The notes under the pieces: generated by a model
Databases searched by the model: none
Seen by the model: only the letters and a program-made list of their open reading frames with translations
Told to the model about the DNA's origin: nothing
In this document: in pieces, positions 1-11,559 of the stretch
Position numbering within the stretch: position 1 is the stretch's first letter
Layout: each line of letters opens with the position of its first letter
Made by a program: the position numbers and the translations under genes
Assembly (NCBI GenBank): GCA_964057225.1
Contig: OZ059896.1
Coordinates: forward strand, 15,810,001 to 15,874,000
Reading direction: 5' to 3'
DNA length: 64,000 nucleotides
Origin: Auanema rhodensis
Lineage: Eukaryota; Animalia; Nematoda

Positions 1-1112
1 CTCAATCTCATAATGTTAATATATGTTTACTTCATTATATAATCTTTAGTCCATTTATCTTATTCAATATTATCTTTATTGTACCTTGAACTAATGAAAA
101 CCAACAATGATCCTCATATTTTCTACAAAGATTCCCTGAAGTATCTTCCATCATACTTCTATCTGCATTACATTGCTGCTTCTTGTCTCAGCTGAATAGA
201 GAACAGCAAGTTCATCTACGAATAATCTTAAAAATGTGAAATTCAATTCACTGCTTACATATCATGTTATCTTTTGTTTGACACTAAAACTTGGGGAAAG
301 TTCAAACCAGCATACTTTAGAGAAGATTGCTGATTTGAACAACGAACGAAGGAACTAACCTTGTTTCTCGTATGAGCAGTAGCTGCAGCATTAACATCAA
401 TGTCTTACCTACACCAATATACTATCATTTTTTACGATTTGAAATATAAAAAAGAGCAAATTACTAAAGTTATAACATAATATAAGCTTAAGAAAAAGAA
501 AATGTTGTCTATGTAAATATCAAATTATATTTTTAAATTAAAAAAAAAAAGAAAAAAGAATCTGTTTTGTCTTGTAATAGGTCAACATTACATCATGAAA
601 AACGTTTAAAATATCGTATTAACATATCATTCCTCTTCTGTTTATTTTTGTTTTTTTTTATTTTTAAACGAAAAAACATCTTCTTTTTTTTGGTTTCCAT
701 CATCTTCTTTTACTAAGATTCAAGAAAAAAAGACATCATCTGAATGGTTTCACTGCGAACTCTGGCAATCGCATTGTTTATTCCTTTTTTTTCAATGAAC
801 ATGAATATTCGAAGAATATTATATACTTATTCTGATAATGACAAAAAAAGTTTCCCATAGAATACTCAAAGAGAAAGAGGTCATGAAAGCTTATTTCTTG
901 TTGATATGTTGTCAATAGATGATTTCAAATTGTTCCTTTTGCTGAATCTCCCTCCTGTGTTTTGACGTTTATCTATCCCAAACAAACACAGACATTCACA
1001 ATTTCTTCTTTTTTTTTGTCATCATCTCCACAGAGTTTACCTATCTTACTAAAAAGATAATAATATATCTTACTGAAAACGCTTTGTTTTCGGAAGTTTT
1101 TGAATTTTTTGT

Positions 1113-1114
<2 letters not shown>

Positions 1115-1159
<45 letters not shown>

Positions 1160-1185
1160 TCTTTCTTTCTTTCTTTCTTTCTTTC
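1115..1185. repeat. (CT)n followed by (CTTT)n microsatellite
   Basis: Directly visible; it is the source of spurious ORFs 973..1254 and 1100..1345. Confidence 0.97.
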
Positions 1186-4100
1186 ATTTTCTTTTATCTT
1201 ATCTTCAGACTCATTTGACTTAAATTTTACTTTCTCGGTTAACTGCCACCCCATTCTCGCAGTCGCCAGATCATCGTTTACCCACCCATGCTTCTCCCAG
1301 CAAGCTCTTCACACTCACCCTCACTTCCTATTCTATACCCCCTGAAAGCTTGAGTTCAATTCATTCAACTTAGTCCCAAATACAACGCACAGATGTTACT
1401 TTCAGATTATTTTTTATTTTTTAATTCTTGTTCTCATTGTTCAATCAAAAACGAAAAATGATCTTTTCAACCGGCTACCAATATCCAATTTAAAAAAACA
1501 AATAAACAGTGTAATCTATCTCAATTTCTATATAACATTCTTAGGTGAGTCAACCGAAATTTGGCTGAGAGCTAGCTATCGAATTCACTGTTCCTTATTT
1601 GAACTCAGATATTCCGGATATCTCAGATAGCATGCACGTGATGCTGTTCATATTTACAGCATTACAGGCATTTTGTCTAAGACTCTGTTCCTGATCAGCA
1701 CAGACAAATAATATTTTTCGCCGAAAATTTAAAAAAAAACTGCCTACATAATCACAGGGCTGACAGAAAGCACTCAAACCCTTGCTTTTCGTCATGTATA
1801 CTAGCAGTCTTCTTCCGAAAAAAATTAGAGAAAATCACAAATTTTCTCACGTCTTTCTCAAATTTCTACGTTTTGCAGATGGTATCTGTAGTTCTGTTTC
1901 TGCAATACATATAAATAATTATTAATTATAAATTCAATTAATAAAAATACTATTTTACCCATTTCTCCTCTCAAGGTCTCAGATATATCATCACGAGATC
2001 CTCTATCCTGTCGTCTACATCACAACCTTATTATCCATCTTTTGCCAGATGAAAATTGAAAATATCCGAAAATTGTTGCATAATTTACTGCATTTGAAAA
2101 AGCGAAAAAAAAAAGAAAATGTATTTTATATCTAGCTTGAACTTTTGTTCGTTTTCACCCAAAAGCCTCCTACCTCTCAACAACCCACCTCACCCTTCAC
2201 CTCTCCTCTCATTCACACCTCCTACTACCCTTGCCTGTTCTCATTCTCAATTTCCAATTGAGATGTAAGAAACATTAGATTCAAAAATGAATTTTCTGAC
2301 TCTTATGATCTACCTAAACTTCTTCTTAATTTCAATATCAAGCATATTGCTTATTGCAAAAAAATTGAAACAAGAAATGTGTTATAATATCCTGACAATT
2401 TCTGACATATTATGAATAATTTGTTTATTTTGACGCTAAAATTAATTTTTTTTTCCTCAAAAAAATGGTTCCGCACATTGAAAAAGTGAGAAAACCCTCA
2501 TATTTTTGACAGAAGAGACATTGTAAAGTTCATGAATTAGAAACTACGTCTTCTCTTCTTCCTCAATCTGTGTAGTTACAACTCGCATGTTATCATCTCC
2601 GTTCTTGATTTCGAACTCATGCTACTACTGAAAGCCAGCTGTCTAAACACTAAGTTGCTAATGCTTCCATGGAATTGCAACTAACAAACGATTTATAAGG
2701 CTTAATCGTGATTATTTTCTTCTTTGCCACATCTTTTGCACTGATGTTTCTGCAGGTTTCCGACAAATATAAGGAAGAAACAAAATTATTTCAACTCAAA
2801 TCACATTGAAAAGAAATGTGGAGTTAACAGCATTTATGAGAAGTACGACTTAAAGTTTGCCAAATACAAAGTTAAATTTATTCCATCACAAGCTTATAAT
2901 CCACCACAAAAAAACTTTTTTTATCGTTTTTTTCGGAAAAAAAATGTCTTTTTTTCACCAAATACATCTACTATACTTCATGTATATAGAGGGTGTGGAT
3001 ATATCTATCAATCTTTCTACCTAACTATACATATAAGTTATATGATAACATTTATCTTATATTTACTTCATATATATATATATTAAAATTTTTTTAAATA
3101 AATAAAAATTTATGACAAAAGGTTTTTTGCCTGCTCTCAAGAAGTTTTCGTTCGTTTTTCTTTTCGTATTCTAACACCCGACACCCGGCCATCAAAACCA
3201 CAGATCAGCTGTTTTCCATTTGTTGTTATAAATCTTGTAAACTTGAATTTTTTTTTTTTTGCTTTCTTCCATCACCTGTGATCTCATGTCGTGTGGATAT
3301 ACTTTCTTAATTGCTAAAGTATGCTTTCAGCTGTTGAGTTTAAGTATTAGTTTTCAAGCTAAATACTAAACTTTACTCAAGATAATGATGAAATATACAA
3401 GTACAAGAGTTACAAAAACTCATAAGGGACTACTAATGTCAAATTATCTCTAAAAAACACATTTATTAAGTGAAAAATTGAATTATTTCACACTTCCTCA
3501 TGATTTAATTCACACAAAATCTTCTTTTAACTATCCGTCTTTATCATATAACATCTGTTTATTTTCCTTCACTTTCTTAAGCAAACGCATTGTTGTTCTT
3601 TTAAAAACAAATGTCATTTCTCTTTCTTTTCCTAATATTCTATCCAACTTATTTTTTTTTCTTTTTTTTTTCAAATTTAAAACAATTTCCGAAATAAAAA
3701 GAATACGAATCCAACGTCTCTTTTTTTTTCTTTTTTTTGCCGCCAAGAGCCAAAAAAAATAATCAAAAATTTGTCTTTGAATGTCATGTTTATGAGCAGT
3801 TGGTGGAATCATTTAAAATTTGACAGAAGAACAGATCAAACTCTTCATATCCGTAAAATAAAATGTAATATGTCGACAAAAGCTATTTCAAAGCAATAGC
3901 ATATTGTAGATGGACACAAAGACTATAAGAAGAAAATAAATTCCCTATCCACTATCTATCTATCTATCTAGTAGTAATCCTTTCACACATCTTACATCTA
4001 TATAGTATATGTATGTATATACATATGTACATATATAGATATAACATGTATGTAGAAACATAGATATTTCAGAATTGTCGGATAGTTAAGAGATGTGACA

Positions 4101-6119
4101 AATCATTCTAAACTAAAGCATCACCGTAGTTATATCATATCTATCAACACTCATAATCTTATATGTTATGCTTAAGCTTCAAACTGATTTATAAGTCAAA
4201 AGTACAAAAAGGAATATAATTTATTTTATTATTATTTTTAGTTATAATAATAATATTAAAGATAAAACTAAGATTAATGAACTAAATAATCGAATAGTTA
4301 ATCTTTTATAGAATCTTTTAGTTAATTTTTCTGAATGATTTGCCTAATATTAATTTATTAAACTTTTCAAAAGCTATAATCACTGAAACATATTTTTATA
4401 ATATTATATTTAATATAATTATTATAAAATTGAAAAATAACTTATCATATCATATCTGCAGATCATTTTTCTTTTTTTCTTGAAAAAAAATGAGAAATGA
4501 ATTGACAATCTTTAATGATATGAAAAGAAATTTATATATTATCAAATCTATATATGTAGATATTTGCAAAAATGAAAGAACAAAGTTGAAAAATCTAATG
4601 TTTCACTGATATTCTGATGTCTTGAACAAGACATATCGACTCATCTAGTATTGAGCGTTCTTCTTTTTCTTCTTTGAATAATTTCTGCATTTGTTTCTGC
4701 AAAAAAAAATCATTTTTTTTGTGATATAGTAAGAGATTCAAAAGATCTGATCCTCTTTTTTCATCTCTCTCTCTGTCTCTCATTCATTCATGACGATATA
4801 TTTTGGCTTCTACATTTGCGAAACATAATGGTCATGAATATTTTTTGATCATTCTTCTACTGACGATCATGTTTGGAAAAAAAAGCCAAATTAATGAAAA
4901 CAGCAATGTAGGAGGCCGTTGTGTATACATTTGATTCAAGTATTTTATTCCAATTTTTATTTTATTTTTATTTTGATACCAATATTAGCGTTCTTGAATT
5001 GCTCTCAATCCTTATAATATCATATTTAGTATATTTCGTTCATTTACTTCTTTATCTCAATACTCATAGCTTTTGTACCAATTTTCGTTAAATTCTAATT
5101 TCCATACGTGAATATTCACGTGAAATGTTTCTTTTTTGAAACTTTCTTCACGATTAGCATTTAACTGCTTAACTGTCAACAGAACGTTTGTTCTTTCGAA
5201 GTCTCCTCCCACTTTTTCCCTTTCTTCTTATATCTCTCCCTCTTTCACTTGATCTCTACTACTGCTTCATCCGTTCGCTGTCGTTCGTCCTATGCTTTTC
5301 GTCTTGTCTAATTTTTGGTCCTGAACTCATACGTCCGGCGGTAGTAGCATTCGAACAAGCATTCTTAAACATATTCAGGGCGACGGTGATGCTTTTACTG
5401 CTTCACTACCATCCTATCCAGGATGCAGCGTTCCAATTTTATTTTTTTTTGGCTTTGAAAGAAAGCTGAAAGCCAAATTCAAGCAACTGTCCTACCAGCA
5501 GATCAGATCTACCAATTTTCTATTTTTCTTTTGACTGATTTTACATCTTTCATTAATAGCCTGATGTCATTAACTCTTTTTTATTTTCTTCTTCTTTTCA
5601 CATCTCAATGAAATTTTTTTACAATAAGCTCCACTTTTCTTCCGTATTTCTTCTTTTCACTTCGACAAACTACACCGTCTGAGAATATGAATCCTTCTTA
5701 ATTATGCTATTTTCTTCTGATAGTAGAAATTAAATGAAAACCACTGAAGCCAAATGTGTTGCCTAATCTTCACCTTACTAGACAAATCTGTGTGAACTTG
5801 CCCTGAACCCATCCGACGAACATGAAAACTTGGATTTGCAACTTCTTCCCGCTAAGTCAATTAAACCTCTTACAACTCGTCAGACGGGATTATTCTTAAG
5901 CTTATAATTAAGATTTTTTTCGGAAAAAAATTAAATTCGGGGCTCAAGATTTGCATTCAGCTTTTTGAAAGCTTATGTTGCAGAGAAATTACATTTGTTG
6001 CTGTCGTTTAACTTATCTTTTGACTTTGTATCAGCCGTGAACTCGAAATTCGCTCTTGGTTGAGGGCATTGCTTCGGACCTTGCACGTTCCTTCGTTATT
6101 CTCTTTTCATAATCTGAGT

Positions 6120-6151
6120 TCTCTCTCACTCTCTCTCTCTCTCTCGCTCTT
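6120..6151. repeat. Interrupted (CT)n microsatellite upstream of the GPCR
   Basis: Directly visible. Confidence 0.9.
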
Positions 6152-6399
6152 TTTCTCCTCCCTTTTCAAATATCTTAACTACAAATTATTTATAAATAAA
6201 TTATATCATATGATATCAACTTCATACTTAATACATAAGTTAATTCAAAAATTATTTTTTGAATTTTTGAAACAAATATTTTAATTTTTATAACTTTAAT
6301 TTATGCTCCGTTATATCGCATTGTTGAATACTTGCTGATTATATATTAAACGAAAACATAATTCAAACTTCTTCAGACTAGGCTCTACAATTGGCATGA

Positions 6400-9300
6400 A
6401 TGTCGAACTTCAGCGAAGAAGAGAGTGGTTACTTCGATCCATGCGAGTATCAACCGCAAATCTTCCTGGTAAATTTTGAATTTTTATAATAAATTATGAT
6501 ACATATTACTACATATATAACGTGATTTCGATAAAATATATTTATATTCAAATGATTAAAATATTTTAGGAATGGAAGATGATATTCGTTGGAATCATTG
6601 GGCTTATCACAGCTCTTGTTAGTATTCTGCATAACTGTCTCCTATTCTATACGTTTAACACATCACATGTAAGTATTTTCTTCTTTTTGTTGCCTCCTAT
6701 TCTATTGAATATGTGAGGATGTGCATAATCTGAAATGAAAGAGTTTTTAGCTTTTCTTTATTTAAAACTGAAAAAAGGGAATAAAACTGCTAACCAAATT
6801 AGCTAAACACATACAGCTTTACCAACTTCAGCATCAACTACTGAAGAGTACATATATACCTTTTTAGGTTTTGAAAAAGCGTAACCTCACTTATCTCATG
6901 TGGATATCAGCATGTGATGTCTTCATTTCTCTTTGTTACATAGCCATCATGTGTATGCAGGTAATTCATTGTATCCATAATTCAATAGAAAACATGATTT
7001 TCAATGAAATTTCTTGTTTTTTGTCTTTGAAGCTGAGTTAGTAGTAACCACATAACTAACTAAACTTTACTACTAATATAGATAATAATTATATTATTTT
7101 GTTGACTGAATTATAAAAGCAAATTTTCTCTCAATATTTCTTAAATTTCATACTCGGGATTTTGCAACAATATACCTTGTTGATGTCTCTTTTTCTAATT
7201 TTGTTATAAACAATCTTCTTTTTCATCTGATATTCTCAATTATATCTTTTTTCAGGTTTATACTGACTATTATGAATCACTACTCTTGTTTTATCTATGG
7301 CATTACTTCATTCGTTTTGCTTTTACCGTCTCTCATATCACATTATCTGGAGCTTCATTCCTACTTATGGCAGCCACAATTGAAAGATATTTGCAGAGTA
7401 CGGGCGATAATCGGTTAGTACATATTCGCGTTGATAACTCAATTCATATTAGTTTATTAATTTAAAAATATATTTATAAGATCATATTCATCTACTTTCT
7501 ATTATAGAGCTATCAAATTGTTCCGCATGTTGGCAACACATCGTACAATTGTAATACTTATCTGTTTTTCAGCCAGTATTATTCTTAAAGGGACTGTATT
7601 TTTTGAAGTAGCTGTAAGTTATAATATTTTATTTAAAAATAAAACATTTTTAATTGAGCTGAAGTATGTTTTTAGAAACAATTCTATTTGTTTTTATAAT
7701 TTCAGGTAGTGACATATCCTAACTGCACAGATTTAAGTAGCATGGGTCTGGTAACTGTTCGCCTATTCCCAACTCCGGTTGCTGATGTTGTATGGAAGTT
7801 TTGGATTCGAAAAATAGTTACCGTATTTCTTCCATTCGCTGGTAAGTTTAATTATTTTACTGAGTTTTTTCTAATATAATCACACAATGAATTTGAATTT
7901 GGGAAAAGAAAAGGGCAAACAAGAAAACATAATTTCAAATTCATTCAACAATGTCTCATTGTTTTGTAATTTTGAGACGTTCTAGGACATCCATCCAATG
8001 CATTCTTGTGCATGAAAAATTAAAAATTTTACTCAGTTTCATTCAAATTTCTTATAGTTCTTGCTTATTTCAATGCTGCAATAGTGATGAATGTACGTAA
8101 AACAGATCGAGATCAAACAGTTAAAGCTTTGGTTCTATTCGTAACAGTCGGGCAGAGGTGAGAACAATACGATAATCTATTATATTTCGAATCCTTCAAT
8201 TACTTGTGGAACTCAAGATTTTGCTAAGTTCCTCATTTTCACGAATTTCATTATCTTATGCGCCAAACTCAACACACAACTCAATTTTTTTCTCCAATTT
8301 GAAATATTTCTTATGAATCAACTAGCTATAGCTTAATCTATGTGTATTTATGTGTAAACCTTGAATGTTAACTAGTTAGCTATAGACTGAATATCATTAT
8401 CCACTACTTTCTTATAATAATTAATCGTAACAACTGATTTTATTGATTGTATTATCTCACCTTGTAGTGTATTTGTTACGATATATCAACACTTTTCTCC
8501 GATTATCATCATTCCACCTTCACCTCCCTCCTTTTGTGTCTTCAACTTCCCCTTTCAAACTGTACTACATGCCACGTGCTATTTTGTTTTTTAGGTTAAG
8601 ATATCTTCTTTTTAATTTTTGTTTTCATTTTTGGGTATAATCATTAATTATTTCACACACAATATTTCTCTCTCCCTTTCTTCCCCACTCTCCCACACAC
8701 ATGCTCTCTCTCACTCTCTCTCTCTCTCTCACTCTCTCTCTCTCTCTCTCACTCACTCTCTCTCTCACTCTCTCTCTCTTTCTCACTGTCTTATTTCTTA
8801 TTTTTTACCATCATCACCTCATCATCGTTCTTCATATACATACATGTGTATGTTATATCCACTTATTATGTGTCGTTCTCTGACATCTTTCATATACAAA
8901 CACGCATCCTATATATGTCTCTACACAACATTCTCAAAGATTTTACAACTCAAACACTTTAGTTCATATCAAGAGCTTAAGAAAGTCACCTCACACGCTA
9001 TCGTCTCAACAACAGCATCACGCAAAATCTTTTTTTAGACAAAAATCGGAAGGAGGGGCTGATTTCAAAACGTCACAGAAACGGTGTCGTGAATGGCGGT
9101 ATGTATCGACTACAGTCGAATCGCTTCTAGTATATTCTGATTGGATATACAATTTGTTTCATTTGTGTTTCCATTGCACAGTGTTTTGATTTGTTCTTAT
9201 CACTAGATTTGGATTGTGCGTGTGATCACCTGCCTAGATATCTCTTAATTATGAGCAATCTCAGCACTCTAACTCTGATGCACATGAGAAAAATGTCTGG

Positions 9301-11023
9301 AAAAACGTATATTTTCGCAAAAACCGGGGCACCTAAGTTGTTTTTTCTAAGCACCTTTAAGTTATTTATATATTGGTTCACATCTCTTAGTTTCTATACT
9401 TGCCTTCAAGTTTACCTCAAGTTCAAGTTTTTGTGTGTTTCTACGTGTGTATTTGTTGTTCTTGAGGTAATCAAAAACACAACACAGTAAATATTATCAA
9501 TCAAAAATCTAAAAAATTTCAGAATCAACTCTTAGAAAAGAATAAAAAGGGGGGGGGGAATACATGCAATATATAAAGCCAAGTAGTACTTAAATCTATC
9601 CTTCTCTTTCAGCACAATCACATATGAATATGTATATATATATATACTTTTCCCTACAGATTACTATCACCTATATAGCTTCTTTTTTCCGTCTCTCACT
9701 CAATTTTCTATTTCACCTATATGTAGTCAAAATAGAAATATATTAGTCTTGTTCTGTTTTTTCTTGTATTTGGTTTGAAAATGCATGATGCGGATTCAGG
9801 GAATGCTTTTCTTTCCCAAATGCTCCTATGTTACACTTCTTGATTTTGAACTGAAAGCACTGAAATTTGGTTTTTCCCGTAGATTCTTGCCAATTTAACT
9901 TGACATTTTGGAATATTCATCATTTCCAGAGGTGAAGCAACTCGTCTAAGAAATCGACTCCGCACAGTTACCCGAATGCTTGTTATGGTTGTTTGCTGTT
10001 ACCTACTCTCAAACATAATTGATGTAATTGTCTCATTCATAGAGGTACATGACGATCATTGAACTCAGGAAACCTTGATCATTTTCAGACAATCGACTTC
10101 GAATTACTGGAAGAATATGGTGGTGTGTATGCTGTCATGACAGATATTTCTTCTTTCCTTCCAATCTTAGCTTGTGCTCTACGTCTACCCATTTATTGTG
10201 TTAATGACAAAGTCATAAGGCGAGAGGTTAGTACATGACAATCATTCTTTTATTCACATTTTCCACAATTTATTCGAAATTTTGATATTGAAACCGTAGA
10301 TATTATAGTAACTTTAAACAACTACTAAACGAATTGAAAGTAGAAGAATCAAAACAAATATATTTAACCAGTATTTATTATAGGTCATTCGGAAAGTTCA
10401 TAAACTTATACAAAGAGCTTGCGTCTGCTGTCCAAGTCTAGGAATTGTTTTGAGATTCCGTCGGAAGCTCTATGATCCCGAGAGAGAAGCTGAAAAACTT
10501 TTCAGCTTGTCATCACCAAGGGAAAGTATTCCACACAACCACATGGAGGTAAATATTAAATTTAAATATCTCAACAGCCTGAATATTTCCCTCACTGTTG
10601 CATACAAATTTTTTACTTTGATGAAGTTAGTATTTTTTCCTTATTAGGGCAGCATAAAACCTAGACAGGTCATTGTTCATTGTCATCCAGATGTAAGTTA
10701 CCTAGACAGTATCCTCTTTCTTCTAATCGATTTGCACGTTTAACGTTATTTTTGAATTGCAGTTTATTAATTATAGAAGTTAATAGATAACTAGTAGAAA
10801 GAAATAGTTATAATGATTTTTTTTAATTTTCTTTAATTGTTTTATTTTTCTGGGTTTATTTTTTTAAAATTGGCTTACTTCCACTTCCTTTATTTCTTTA
10901 TCAACAGCTAAATTGCAGATAAAAGCTTACGGAATGGGCAGCTTAATTATGGCTCGTGCTTCCCTATCTACACAAATGGAATATCAACAACTGACCAAAT
11001 TTCAAAATGGAATTGTTTTGTAA
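6400..11023 (+). CDS. Class A (rhodopsin-like) GPCR, probably a neuropeptide-receptor type; 12 exons
   Basis: Hand-spliced GT-AG exons give one continuous ORF, MSNFSEEESGYFDPCEYQPQIFLEWKMIFVGIIGLITALVSILHN...AATIERYLQ...FWIRKIVTVFLPFAVLAYFNAAIV...VTRMLVMVVCCYLLSN...LRLPIYCVND...NGIVL*. It has seven hydrophobic segments, an ERY motif after TM3 and an LPIY motif in TM7. The stop TAA is at 11021-11023. Confidence 0.88.
8705..8780. repeat. (CT)n/(CTCA) compound microsatellite in GPCR intron 7
   Basis: Directly visible. Confidence 0.95.
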
Positions 11024-11559
11024 ATATTGAAAATAGGAACTGTTTGTTATGATCTCGGCTGAACGAAGAAGATGCGGATGCGAGACAATTTTATATTTGA
11101 AACTTATTTTGTACTGTGAGAAACGTGCAGCATTCATTCAACATTGCAACATGTTGGCGTTCAAAGTCATTGCTTTCTCTTACGCTCAATTAGATCAAAA
11201 TGCTTAAGAAGTTATAAGAATAAAAATTTTAAATTTATTTGAAATCTTGAGAGTAATGCATTATGAACTGATAAAGATAATGTACACATAACAATTACGT
11301 TGAATTCTTAAATTAGACACGTATATATACAACTCTGTGAGATTTGGCTTTATTCAAAGAGTAGTCAAAACATGTAAAGAGCATAATGTGAAACTGAAAT
11401 GCATTAAAGAAATGTTTTAGATGACTAGATATTATTAAGCAACATAAGTGATTATGGTGGCGATATAAATATAATTAGAAACTACCAGTGCACAAAATAT
11501 AAAACCGGGTGAAGCTGAGCGGTAAGCGAAATGAATGATGGCAAGTTTAAATAACCAAG

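Noticed and set aside
80-410. Minus-strand exon-like pieces with GT-AG boundaries (for example KKQQCNADRSMMEDTSGNLCRKYEDHCWFSLVQ)
   Set aside because: They could not be joined into an open frame with credible acceptors, show no recognisable homology, and are truncated by the window edge.
973-1345. Track ORFs rich in ER/LS/YI repeats, here and at 8619, 33390, 43594-44071, 45781-46084 and 46752-47137
   Set aside because: They are translations of (GA/CT/AT)n microsatellites, not genes.
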